Assembly (NCBI GenBank): GCA_951406725.2
Contig: OX597823.1
Span: forward strand, 58,404,001 to 58,468,000
DNA: 64,000 bases
From: Octopus vulgaris
Taxonomy: Eukaryota
Reading direction: 5' to 3'
Shown: in pieces, positions 1-11,799 of the stretch
Position numbering within the stretch: the first letter of the stretch is position 1
Layout of the letters: each line of letters starts with the position of its first letter
Position numbers and translations under genes: made by a program
The notes under the pieces: model-generated
The model's input: only the letters and a program-made list of their open reading frames with translations
Databases searched by the model: none
What the model was told of the DNA's origin: nothing

Positions 1-163
1 CTCTGTCTGTTTTCTCGTTGTACGAAAAAAGTTCGTTTCTATGTTTTTGTTTTTATGTTTTCGTTTCTCATTGTGTTCAACGTTTTTTTTATGTCTTGTA
101 CCCATATATGCATGTATATATACATATATATGTAGGTATGTATATATATGTATGTATATATGC

Positions 164-170
<7 letters not shown>
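1..170 (+). repeat. Unclassified interspersed repeat fragment, homologous to the reverse complement of 12935-13100
   Basis: 'ttttcgtttctcattgtgttcaacgttttttttatgtcttgtacccatatatgcatgtatatatacat' aligns by eye to the reverse complement of 'atgtatatatacatgcatatatgggtacagaacaccaaaaaaatgtcgaatataatgagaaacgaaaa' near 12975-13045. Confidence 0.7.
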
Positions 171-196
<26 letters not shown>

Positions 197-210
197 TACA
201 CACACACACA

Positions 211-380
211 CAGTAATCTCTCATCATATCGTGGTTCACCTATCGTATTTTCTTATTTAAGCTTATATTGATTCATCCGTGGTGTTGTTTTGCACTTATA
301 ATAAAATAAATTTATACAAATTATAAAAATAATAAAAGAAAAGAATATACAGTACAGTACTGTCTCTGCAGTACGAATTT
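211..380 (+). mobile_element. Tigger/pogo-type MITE, left part
   Basis: Starts with TIR-like 'cagtaatctctcatcatatcgtggtt'. The internal sequence ('atttaagctta...gtggtgttgttt..gca.ttataataaaataaat') is shared with the copy at 62180-62497. Confidence 0.55.
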
Positions 381-1926
381 GCAGTTTCCGTTTACGAAAT
401 TCACTCACAAGGCATTGGTTGACCCGTGACTATAAAAGATAACACCTATTCTCATGCCTGCAAAGACCCTCATCATGCCTGCAAAGCGATTTTCTTAACC
501 AAATAGCCGTACATCATAAACTGGACGTGCTAAACACATACAATGACATTAAAATAATATACCCTGGCTTGAACATCGAATATATATTCTTTCAATTTAT
601 TAGTTGGTTGCAGTCATTAGAGAGCACTGGTCATACTGAGGTGCTTATTCTGGTCTAGTACATATTTTGTCGATCACGGTATAATAAAGCGCTAAGTCAA
701 CTTAGGCGTAAATGAGCATAAAAGATAAATTTTATTTCTAATCGTCCCTCTGTTGATTCAACCATTTTCTGCAAATATTCATGTGTGTGTGTGATGTTGG
801 ACGAGGTGTATATGCTGTGTGCGTGTATTGTGTGTGCGCGTGCGTACACGTCAGTATGTGTATGAGGAGTAACCAAAAGAGAAATTATATTTAACAAAAA
901 AGTGGAAACAATAAAGTACAGATTGTTTTCTTCTCGGCGGTCTGACCACAGCGACCAGCAAGTTGTAAGTTTTACATTGGAGTAGCCATCTCCTAAGTAA
1001 ATTGTCTTTCAGAGCTGGAGAGCTCTACAACCCTAGAGTTGCTAGAAGGATGTCAAAGATGTTACCAGACCGCTCGAGAGATTTCGTTCCTTGGTTTCTC
1101 GTAGGAGTTGACTTCTATAGTCCTTTCATTTTCCAAAATACTCACAAGACAATGAGGGATTGTGTTTGGAGTGTCTTCCATAACATGCTAATTACCCCCA
1201 CAGTTGTGTCTCTGACAGATGCTAGAACTCCAGGTCAAAGTATAGCAGAGAGCAATAGTGGCAAAGAGGTATTTCTGCACTTCTCAACATCCTGGAATTC
1301 TCGAATCAGAGCCCCACTACGGGATGTAGTTTAAAGCCATACCCAGGACACGGTTAACAAAACAAAAAAATGACTAGGGAATAAATTAACATACAAACTA
1401 AATATGGGCACTATGTTCCCAATTTGCGTTCCAGCACAGTTTCTTGGGACAGATTTCAGTTTCTTAGCTTGGTTAGAGATCTGAGATTAAGGTAGAATTA
1501 AACACTTGCCTAGCTTGAAATGCTGCACAGTAGGATTGAATCCGGAACCACTTAAATACCAAGGAAATTCTCAAAACACATGATCGTAGCTGTTCCGAAA
1601 TTGTGTTGTTTTTCTAGCTGATTTATCAATGAAATATGGTGTCTTTCTGGTGGGTATATTTTTTTCTTTTTTGGCCGAATGATTTAAATCGAGAAGGTGT
1701 ACCTAGCGATAAAACATTGATTTGATATTTGATAATCTATAATGATTCCAAAGCTTGGATAATAAAGCGGGGAAAAAGGAGCAGAGGAAAAGAAAAATAT
1801 GCGCGAAGCGAAGTAACATTACTGAAGAAGGATGGGAAAATGTGAAAGTCAGAGAGAAATGGAAGATGTATTTATAGAAATGAAATATTGCACTCCAGAG
1901 GGTACAACAAATATATGTACACACAC

Positions 1927-1968
<42 letters not shown>

Positions 1969-1992
1969 TAGATAGATTGGTAGGTAGATGTG

Positions 1993-2028
<36 letters not shown>

Positions 2029-2371
2029 CACACACAAATATATACATATATATATGTATGTATATAGATATAGATACATATATATGTGTGTGTTTGTGTA
2101 CGCACATACACAGACACACACATAGCGTGTTAAGAAGTTGGGGTAAAGAGATGGTGTATAATATAAAATAAATAACGATGTTCAGTAGATGAAGTATCGT
2201 TACTTATTTATATTATATTTATTGGAAACAGAAAAGAAAAGAAAAACGATTTGTGCAGCTTTCAGTTTCCAGTAAGTATGTATATGTGGGTGTGAGTGTG
2301 CATGTATGTATCTACGTGCATATGTGTTTGTGTGTGTGTGTGCGTGTGTGCATATGTGTGTGTGTGTAGAC

Positions 2372-2522
2372 ACTTCATGTCCTGAGTTCGAATTCTGCCG
2401 AGGTCGACTTTGCTTTCATTTCTTCGGGGTCGATGAAAAAGATACAAACAAGCACTCGGGTCGAAGTTACTGACTATCCCGCTCTCCCAAAATTCTAGGC
2501 CTTGAGCCTATCGTAGAAAGGA

Positions 2523-2525
<3 letters not shown>
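2372..2525 (+). mobile_element. tRNA-derived SINE family A, 5'-truncated
   Basis: B-box 'gagttcgaattc' followed by the family core 'gaggtcgactttgctttcatttcttcggggtcga'. Confidence 0.75.
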
Positions 2526-2674
<149 letters not shown>

Positions 2675-2957
2675 GAGTGAGAGAGCAGTGCATGCCATCA
2701 AAATGACACTGGGGTAAAATGTACGAAGCCCAGTATACCCATTATGACTACCCGTCTGATAAGGGTACACTAGGCACATGCATCACAACCATAAGTGCGC
2801 GACATGATGATCTCATATCAAGATAAACAGTGCATAACCTTGCAGGTGGGGCCCAGTTAGAATTTTGTTCTGGTCGAGTTGCCCATCACGCTCAAAAGGT
2901 CCCTGGATAAGGATTGTTTAAGGATGTTGAACGAAACACCCCTGTTTCCAAAGGTGA

Positions 2958-2958
<1 letters not shown>
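2675..2958 (-). mobile_element. Probable non-LTR retroelement 3' end or non-autonomous derivative embedded in (ATT)n
   Basis: Complex ~285 bp block bounded on both sides by (ATT)n runs, with no convincing coding frame. Family and orientation are inferred. Confidence 0.4.
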
Positions 2959-3035
<77 letters not shown>

Positions 3036-3036
<1 letters not shown>

Positions 3037-3228
3037 GGAGGAGGAGGAGGAGGAGGAAGAGGGAGAGGGGGAGGACGAGGACGAGAAGGAGGGGGAGGAC
3101 GAGGACGAGAAGGAGGGGAAGGTGGGGGAGGACGAGGAGGACGAGAAGGCGGGGGAGTACGGGGAGGATAAGGAGGAGGACGACGACAACGACGATGATG
3201 AAGAGGGGGAGACGAGGAGCAGGAGAAG
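3036..3228 (+). repeat. Purine-rich (GGA/GAC/GGG) low-complexity tract
   Basis: Direct reading. Confidence 0.85.
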
Positions 3229-3309
3229 TTGAAATGCCTAAGTAATCTTGCTCGAAACTATAGACACTTGTGGTGTCACTCTTGTAGCAAAGTCAGATGC
3301 TAAAGAATT

Positions 3310-3354
<45 letters not shown>

Positions 3355-3526
3355 GTGTGTGTGTAAAAACATTCATACATATGTATGCATGCACATGTGA
3401 ATACATAATTATATATACACATAAAAATGCATATATAGCTAGGTAAATAGAATAGAATAGAACAGATATTTAGGTAGACAGACGGGCAAATAGACAGACA
3501 GACAGCTAAATAGATAGATAGAGAGT

Positions 3527-3583
<57 letters not shown>

Positions 3584-3778
3584 CAATCTTCTACATTGTG
3601 TTTCTTGACAGAGACCCACTGCTCGAAACCTGAAATGAAGACTCTTCTATTTTCCAACGGGGACTTTATTTATTCATTTTGTCTGGTTGTGCTTTCGTTT
3701 TCACGTCTTTGGTTAAATTCTTAAGGGCTGGCACGTAATCCGTCTGGGATTCTAGCTTTTATGATTAACGCCAACACC

Positions 3779-3839
<61 letters not shown>

Positions 3840-3900
3840 CATACATACATACATATATACATACATACATACATACATACATACATACATACATACATAC

Positions 3901-4150
3901 ATTATGGCTGCCCCCTCGTTATCGAGTATGGCCATTGCACGAAGCTTAACTGTTACTGGTGCTGTGATCGAATGTGACTTTTTAGCCCAGTTAAAGATCT
4001 ACAATGTCTTGTACAAAATTGGCAACGAAAACCTTTACCGTTAACAGCCGGCTGTAGTTGTAACTGGGCTTCATGTACTTTTGCATGTCGTTTAAGTCCT
4101 CCTGCCGAATTACACTCTCTTCCACATGCCCGACAGATATGATTAGTAAG
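3901..4150 (-). mobile_element. RTE-like LINE 3' end encoding two C2H2-type zinc fingers, with a (TATG)n tail
   Basis: Minus-strand frame 4144-3953 reads NHICRACGRECNSAGGLKRHAKVH...[26 protein letters not shown] short 3' UTR 'atggccatactcgataacgag..gcagcca' follows, then a tetranucleotide tail at 3835-3900. Confidence 0.65.
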
Positions 4151-4717
4151 GTGTGTTACACCACATATATATGTATATATATTTATCTACAGACACACAC
4201 CACCACACCACATCACACTCTCACATGTGTGTGTATTCATATATTTTAATGACTGGATGTGCTCAGTGCATGACAATTATTCCTTTCAGGTTTTGGCTCT
4301 TATTCTCAGTCGTTTTAAATTACCAGCGTTGCGTTAAACTGCGAACGTTGCATATTCATACGGGATTCTTGGCAATAGGATTTGGGCTATAACATAATAT
4401 TAGAGAACGTCAATGATGAGAGAAAAAAGAATATGAGCTTTAACTTGGTATTCGTGAATTTCATCTGTTTCAAGTGACTTTCTCAGATTCACTCACTGTG
4501 CTAAACTTGAACGCTTATCTCGTTATTTACGAACAATGTCGAACTACCTTGAACAAATCTCTCGCTTTCTTTGTGAATTTTATTTTTTATTCTATGTTTT
4601 GGTATGTTTTCGTTCGTACAAATTTTACGTAAACAGCAACAGAATATATGTTCAAAAGTACACGCGTACGCATACACATGCTCAAGCTCATACATGTAGC
4701 ATTATCTTTTCGCTTAC

Positions 4718-5245
4718 ACAAGGTCATCTCAGCCTCAATGGAATTTTAAGTCAGAACGTAATGACGGACGAAATACCTATTTCCTTACTACCCACAAGGG
4801 GTTAAACACAGTGAGGACAAACAAGGACAGACAAACGGATTAAGTCGATTATATCGACCCCAGTGCGTAAGTGGTACTTAATTTATCGAATAAGGCGGCG
4901 AGCTGGCAGAAACATTAGCACGCCGGGCAAAATGCGTAGCCGTATTTCGTCTGCCGTTACGTTCCGAGTTCAAATTCCGCCGAGGTCGACTTTGCCTTTC
5001 ATCCTTCCGGGGGTCGATAAATTAAGTACCAGTTACACACTGGGGTCGATATAATTGACTGAATCCGTTTGTCGGTCCTTGTTTGTCCACTCTGTGTTTA
5101 GCCCCTTGTGGGTAGTAAAGAAATAGGTACTTAATTTATCGACCCCGAAAGGGTGAAAGGCAAAGTCGACCTATGCGGAATTTGAACTCAGAACGTAGCG
5201 GCAGACGAAATACCGCTAAGCATTTCGGCCGGCCTGCTAACGATC
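4718..5245 (-). mobile_element. SINE family A (minus), interrupted by an antisense copy of the same family
   Basis: The two halves 4775-4889 and 5126-5245 are contiguous parts of the family consensus and share the 17-bp duplication ggtacttaatttatcga. Confidence 0.85.
4890..5125 (+). mobile_element. SINE family A, full length
   Basis: Head 'aaggcggcgagctggcagaaacattagc' (A-box-like), B-box 'gagttcaaattcc', core 'gcctttcatccttccgggggtcgataaa', tail 'tagccccttgtgggtagtaaagaaata'. TSD at 4873-4889 / 5126-5142. Confidence 0.92.
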
Positions 5246-5480
5246 CTTATTTCTTTATTGCCCACAAGGGGCTAAACATAGAGTGGACAAACAAGGACAG
5301 ACAAACGGATTAAGTCGATTACATCGACGCCAGTGCGTAACTGGTACTTATTTAATCGACCCCGAAAGGATGAAAGGCAAAGTCGACCTTTGCGGAATTT
5401 GAACTCAGAACGTAGCGGCAGACGAAATACCGCTCAGCATTTCGCCCGGTCTGCTAACGATTCTACCAGCTCACCGCCTT
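5246..5480 (-). mobile_element. SINE family A, full length
   Basis: Reverse complement of the same consensus as 4890-5125. Confidence 0.9.
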
Positions 5481-5789
5481 ACATACATACAAACATACAT
5501 ACATACATACATACATACATACATACATACATCCACATACATACATACATACATACATACATACATAAATACACACACAGACACAAACACACACACACAC
5601 TCAAACACACATATACACATATGCATATATAAAATGAGTGCTTTTATATGCATAAAAACGGTGAACATTGACTGAAGAACGAACGCATATTTTTTCAGAA
5701 TTTTATTGACATACATTCATATATAGGTTACTATCTTCATCCTTACATTCATTCATCCAGTCATCCATACATACATATGTACGTAGCAA

Positions 5790-6028
5790 GTCTTTGTCTG
5801 AGATCATTCAAGTGCATAGTGTAATTAAGATTACTGATCAAGAAGACTTCCCTATTTCTTTGATGTAAATTGCCAATATCAGAACGTTGTATGAAGTGAC
5901 AGTAACTAGAGCAGTCATTTGAAGAAGTGCAGGAATTGAAATAACCTAGATCACAGCGTTTAGCCTTGAGCTCTAGCATAACCCATGAGCTAAGGATGAA
6001 GAGTTCAGCACCTCGGTCACTCGAGTCG
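5790..6028 (-). mobile_element. Possible decayed Penelope-like GIY-YIG C-terminal remnant
   Basis: Translation ...HQRNREVFLISNLNYTMHLN loosely resembles the R..RE..LI..L.T...LN ending of PLE endonucleases. Weak. Confidence 0.25.
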
Positions 6029-6063
6029 TTATATATATATACATACATACATACATACATACA

Positions 6064-6128
<65 letters not shown>

Positions 6129-6255
6129 TGTAGTTCAATCAAGAAGGAATATGTTTGTGGCACACACACACACATACACACATTTATAAATTTATGTATG
6201 TATGTATGTATGTATGTGTGTGTGTGTAAGAGAGTGTGTGTGTGTGTATGTATGT

Positions 6256-7160
6256 CATTGTTCAGTTTAATTCCAAGATTTTTTGCCAATAGAGAAAGTG
6301 CCCGTTTCTAACCTAGACCCAAGGCTTCTTCTTTGGAATTTCAACATCAACAACAGGGAATTTTTGTTTACATGTGTATGTGCAGATTTGTATGTTTTGC
6401 TTTATGTATGTATTCTCATGCATATAATTGCTTATCTAGACATGCTCATGTATACTTTAAATGATAAACTTCAGGAAATGTTTACAGATTTTTACAGTTC
6501 CAGTGATGGATTGAATCTGTAGTCTTCGAATTAGCTTTCTACTTTTTAGTTTTGAGAAGCCCAATGTCTCAAGATTGATATTTAGGCAATATTTTACATA
6601 TCCCAGTGCCCCCAAAATCACAGGTATTAACCTAAACTTGAAATTTGATTGAGTAACTGCAGATTTCTCAATAGTCAGCGTAGGTATTCTCTTTTTCACT
6701 GATCTTCAGCTTTATGTTAACATCCGCTAGGCAACTAATTTCCACAACTGTACACAGCTTCTCTTCTCTATCCCAAATCGTTATATCATATCTATTGTGC
6801 TTACATTTACTGAGATCTTCATTGGGACATTTCACCAGTACTTCTTTTTATTATGAGTGGCCATGGCTTCTGGCATACTGTGGGTTCTTATTTCTTTGTC
6901 ACCGGGGTTATCCTTCCGACGGATTTCATTATAGAGTGTCTTCGCAACAACATCATGTCTCATCGGTAAATAATACCGTGATGACATTTTTGGACAACTG
7001 CTTATGAATGATATGGGTGATATCTTCGGTGTTACTCCACATGGGTTGTGACATTTTATTGCTTTTTCTGCATCTCTGTCCCTTTTGTGCATCAGGTACT
7101 TGGTTGATATTTCCTGTTCCTGGATTGCAAACGCACACCCTTCAAAGTGAGAGGTAGTAA
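6256..7160 (-). mobile_element. R4/Dong-like non-LTR retrotransposon 3' fragment (CCHC knuckle plus restriction-like endonuclease), pseudogenised
   Basis: Frameshifted minus-strand peptides EGCAFAIQEQEISTKYLMHK, ISSCPKMSSRYYLPMRHDVVAKTLY, FRLIPVILGALGYV and LQIQSITGTVKICK match the RLE-type C-terminus (A.QEQ.I.T; RHD.V; P.I.GALG). Confidence 0.85.
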
Positions 7161-7570
7161 TCCGGCTGAGTGCGCTACCATTAAGCTAAATGGTCCTCTG
7201 GAAACAATTGCCGTCAATTTTAAAAGCTAAATAATAGCTTTACCGAATGCGACAACGTTTTATAAACGAATTTTTGAAGCATCCAATGTTTGGTATTTTA
7301 TAAAACAGAAAGTACATTTCGAACGTTGTAAAGCCGTAAGAACAGCAGAGAAATATTGGAGCCGTTTAACTTAAGGGTAGAGCACTCAGCCGGTATCTTA
7401 GGGATACAGGTTCGACTCCCATAGCTGCCTGCTGTTAACTTCTTTCCGTCATATAAAGGTAAATACCTCATCTGTCTCAGCATTCCTTACAGTTTTGCTG
7501 CGTTCGAGATTTACTCTCTTGTCTGTAAAATACCGAACACATTCGATACTTCCAAAATTTGTTTAGAATA
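7161..7570. repeat. tRNA-like repeat unit in an inverted arrangement
   Basis: Plus head 7358-7422 'ggagccgtttaacttaagggtagagcactcagccgg...ggttcgactccc'. Reverse partial head at 7161-7197. Inverted ~100-bp arms at 7257-7355 / 7470-7570. Confidence 0.6.
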
Positions 7571-8504
7571 TATGCATATATGCATATGTACAAACATTCA
7601 TATTCATATATATATATATTTATATTTATATATATATATATGTACGTTTGTGTGTGTATGTATATGTTTCTCAGTTTAGGTGAATCTGTGTACACACGAG
7701 TTTACGTATGCCCCTACGTAGACAAAAAATGAAAGGCAAATACGAACGGATGGACAAAACAAATATATTCAGAAGAAAGAGAATACTTAGACAGGGAAAA
7801 AGTTGGGTAGAATAGAATAAAAAGAGAGAAAGGTTGGAAATAATATACACCACCAGTTTCAAAATAATTGCCTCTATTTTAATATGGTAATATTTGCTCC
7901 CATCTGATCTGTGAGTAATAACTTTTGATACGATATCTCTTCGAAATGGTTCTCGAATTTTTCCAAACAGTCAGCAATTAAATAGGAATCGGTATCAAAC
8001 TGTGGTAGTATTTAGTATATCATGTTTTTAAAAAAATTGTTTTTGGACAATATAGTTAGGTTTTTTTAATTTTATTTTTCCTTATTATTTTTTTTGTTAG
8101 TTTTCTAAATATTTCCTGAAGCTTGTTAGTTCTGATAATTGTGAGGTTTTTTTTGGGTTTTTTTCCTTGTAATATCGGTTTCAAATTTTGGCAAATGGCC
8201 AACAATTTCTGGAGAGGGTGTCAGTCGATTGCTTATCTTACCGACTCTGAAAGGGATGAAAAGCAAAGTGAACCCGAGAGGCATTTGAACTCAGAAGGTA
8301 GACGTCGGAATAAAATTGCCGCTAAGTATTTTGCCCGACACGGCCAGCTTGCATTCTTGTTGAAGGATTTTTCAAATTTTATTTTAACCAACAGAAGTTT
8401 TAAAGAGAACAATGTTAAAAAGACTTTAGCTCTATTATTGTGGGTAACATTGATGGGTAGATAGAGTGATAAGTTGAAAGGATATCTATCTATCTATCTA
8501 TCTA

Positions 8505-8555
<51 letters not shown>

Positions 8556-8727
8556 AAAAAAGGGTAACTAATTTTTTCCGTGGTTTTTAGACAACCAACA
8601 ATTATTTACCGGTAAATTTCGGTATGTAAATATGACTTTTAGCGTCAGGAACTTCTGTAGAGTTCAGTATATATAGTAAATATGATTAAAAGGGCAGGCA
8701 ACAGGTTGCTCTGCCGCATACCGAAGG

Positions 8728-8819
8728 AATTAGAAATGGCAGTCAAAGACTGTTTATTTCCATTTTCTACAAGTGGGGGCTCCATATACGAAATGGAAAT
8801 AAACAATCTTTGACTGCCA

Positions 8820-8827
<8 letters not shown>
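8728..8827. repeat. Long inverted repeat (~37-bp arms, 25-nt spacer)
   Basis: aattagaaatggcagtcaaagactgtttatttccattt (8728-8765) versus aaatggaaataaacaatctttgactgccattttaatt (8791-8827). Confidence 0.9.
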
Positions 8828-8850
<23 letters not shown>

Positions 8851-9552
8851 CAAATTTTCATGAGATAATTCATTTGAAAGGGTCATGTTCTGTAAAGTTA
8901 GATGGTTGCCTTCTTGTGATAATATATGCATGTAAGAAGATAATTGGGATTTATTTTTCTCGACTTGTATTTTCAATATGTTTTCTATTTACATATGCGT
9001 GTGTATGGATATATTCATATATGTTTGTGTCTATATCTGTGATTGTGTGTATGTGTGTGTGTGTGTGTGTGTATGTGTGTTATTGCTATATATTTTTTGC
9101 ATTATGCATTATTTATATTTATTTTAGTTTGTTTATTTATTTATTTATTTAGTTTACGTTTTTTATACGAAAATCTGTGTACTACTTAAAGTATTGCAGA
9201 AGACAGAAACAGGGAGGGAGGGAGAGAGAGATAGGGGGGAGAGAATGGGTGATGGGAGGAGAAAAGAAACGACTGGAAAAATTATATACATACATATACA
9301 CATACGCATACGCACACACGTGTATGCGTACATAGATATATATGTGAATCTATATATATATGTATGTACAATGCCTACACACACATACACACGTATGTGC
9401 GTGGGCATGGGTGTGTGTGAGTGTGTCCACAAATATATATGTATACAAATATATAGGGAGAGAGCAAGGGAGAGAGAGAGAGCAAGGGAGAGAGAGAGCA
9501 AGGGAGAGAGAGAGCAAGGGAGGGAGACAGACAGACAGACAGACAGACATAA

Positions 9553-9583
<31 letters not shown>

Positions 9584-9606
9584 GCTTGTATGTTATTTCT
9601 TTTCAG

Positions 9607-9831
9607 TCACCACTGACTCAACCCAAGAGAGCAATTCAAGCAACTCAAGAAGTGAAAGCAACGAAGACAACAGTTTCCCTTCACCTCCTTCACAACCACA
9701 GCCCGCATCATCATCAGCATCATCATCAGCATCAGCATCATCATCAGCACTACCACCGCAACCATAAAGCCTCCAACCACGCCTCAAGCAACAACACTAT
9801 CACCGACCGATTCATACCACAGCTGTCGTAA
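9607..9831 (+). CDS. Candidate terminal coding exon of an unknown host gene (low complexity)
   Basis: Good acceptor 'ttatttcttttcag' ending at 9606. Two frames stay open: TTDSTQESNSSNSRSESNEDNSFPSPPSQPQP...* (stop 9767) and SPLTQPKRAIQ...HHHQH...DRFIPQLS* (stop 9831). No homology recognised. Confidence 0.3.
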   Translation, partial: SPLTQPKRAIQATQEVKATKTTVSLHLLHNHSPHHHQHHHQHQHHHQHYHRNHKASNHASSNNTITDRFIPQLS

Positions 9832-10011
9832 TGACGTTGTTATCATGGGTCAAAAACGACGATAGATTACAAAAGATGGTAACGGAATTATAAGGATATT
9901 TTTTTCAATGGTAGGGAAATGATACATGCATCTATGTGGGAGTTGTGAGGGTAGATGCATGTGCAGACGTACACACATACCTGTGTATACACTCGCTAAA
10001 ATGTCTCTATC

Positions 10012-10084
<73 letters not shown>

Positions 10085-10133
10085 CCTATCTATCGGTCAA
10101 TGTTTCTATGCTGCAATCAATTAATCTATCTGC

Positions 10134-10186
<53 letters not shown>

Positions 10187-10467
10187 TATACACGTACAGA
10201 TAGATATTGATAAACTGGGGGAAAGAGGAAAGTTAGAGAGATTGTCTTCATATATATGCGCGCGCGTGTGTGTATACATAAATACATGCATACACACGCA
10301 CACACACATATATATATGTACGCATAAATATATATGTACACATGCGCACACGCGCATATATATATAGAGAGAGAGATATATAGATATATAGATATATATA
10401 TGTGTACATATACATATATATGTACACATACAAATATATGCATATGTACACACACATACACACACAC

Positions 10468-10574
<107 letters not shown>

Positions 10575-11112
10575 CATAATTTTCCTATTTTGACTCGTCT
10601 TTAAAGTATCACTTTTACTGAGGAGTATCGGCCGAAAGAAACGTAAAACCATACATATATGAATAAGTGTCCGAGTCTATGTGTTTATACATGTGTGTAT
10701 GCCCGTATTCATTCATATTTCTGTATGCCTGTACAAATAAACAAGTCCTATCTACACACACCACATATGCAACAAATACTTGGAATAAACTTAAAAAGAA
10801 AGAAACCAAAAAACCATGCTCGGGATCACTCCATTATGATAGCGGGTCCTTGTAAATCTTTAAAAAAATAAGTTTTGGCTATTGTATTACGTTTGAAGAT
10901 GAAAAGGTATACATGTTTCCAGCAATCATCTTGAAACCGTAACATGAGATTTAAAAGGTTCTGCCATTATGATAATAGCAATCGTATAAATAGATTTCTT
11001 TATTCATTTTTTTTTTTTTTTTCCATTTAGAATGTTTCTATGTTTATCGAAAATTTTGTTAGTAATGCATACTTCTTGATGCATGTATTCATGTTTGTGT
11101 AAACGAATACAT

Positions 11113-11113
11113 G

Positions 11114-11147
<34 letters not shown>

Positions 11148-11367
11148 TGTATGTATGTATGTATGTATGTATGTATGTATGTTTGTATGTATGTATGTAT
11201 GTATGTATGTATGTATGTATGTATGTATGTATGTATGTATGTATGTGTATGTATGTATGTATGTATGTATGTATGTATGTATGTATGTATGTATGTATGT
11301 ATGTATGTATGTATGTATGTTTGTATGTATGTATGTATGTATGTATGTATATATTTATGTATGTATG

Positions 11368-11401
<34 letters not shown>

Positions 11402-11492
11402 TGTATGTATGTATGTATGTATGTATGTATGTATGTATGTATGTATGTATGTATGTATGTATGTATGTATGTATGTATGTATGTATGTATGT
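11113..11492. repeat. (TATG)n tetranucleotide array, ~380 bp
   Basis: Direct reading. Confidence 0.97.
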
Positions 11493-11570
11493 GCAGTCCT
11501 GAGGGTTGGCAGTTCGCAAGAACAAAGTTAGGACATTCACTTAAAATGAAGTAAAAAAATTGGCTGTCAT

Positions 11571-11799
11571 TTACACCTTTCGTTACCAACCCGGCTGTAA
11601 TCGATCTCTGGCTCTGAGTACAAATGTCTTGTTTCCATAAGTTTTGAATTAAAATCTTCCACCAAACCTTAGTCACAATTTATGTTCCTAACACTAGCTG
11701 AATGATAACTAAGTTATTTTTCTAAATTCTTTGTTATATTTAAAGTAATTGAAAGAAACATAGAGCATCTCAAAATATATACAGTAACGAATGGGTTAA
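11571..11799 (+). mobile_element. piggyBac-type MITE (TTAA-CCC...GGG-TTAA)
   Basis: Ends 'ttacacctttcgttac' and 'gtaacgaatgggttaa'. A second copy lies in the opposite orientation at 58792-59021. Confidence 0.75.

Noticed and set aside
3596-3640. ttgacaga...gctcGAAAc as a decayed hammerhead
   Set aside because: Core and stem II need several corrections, and there is no second copy in the window to support it.
7358-7430. Genuine tRNA gene (also SINE heads H1, H2, A and B)
   Set aside because: A/B boxes are present but the acceptor and anticodon stems do not close as a cloverleaf; all are embedded in repeats.
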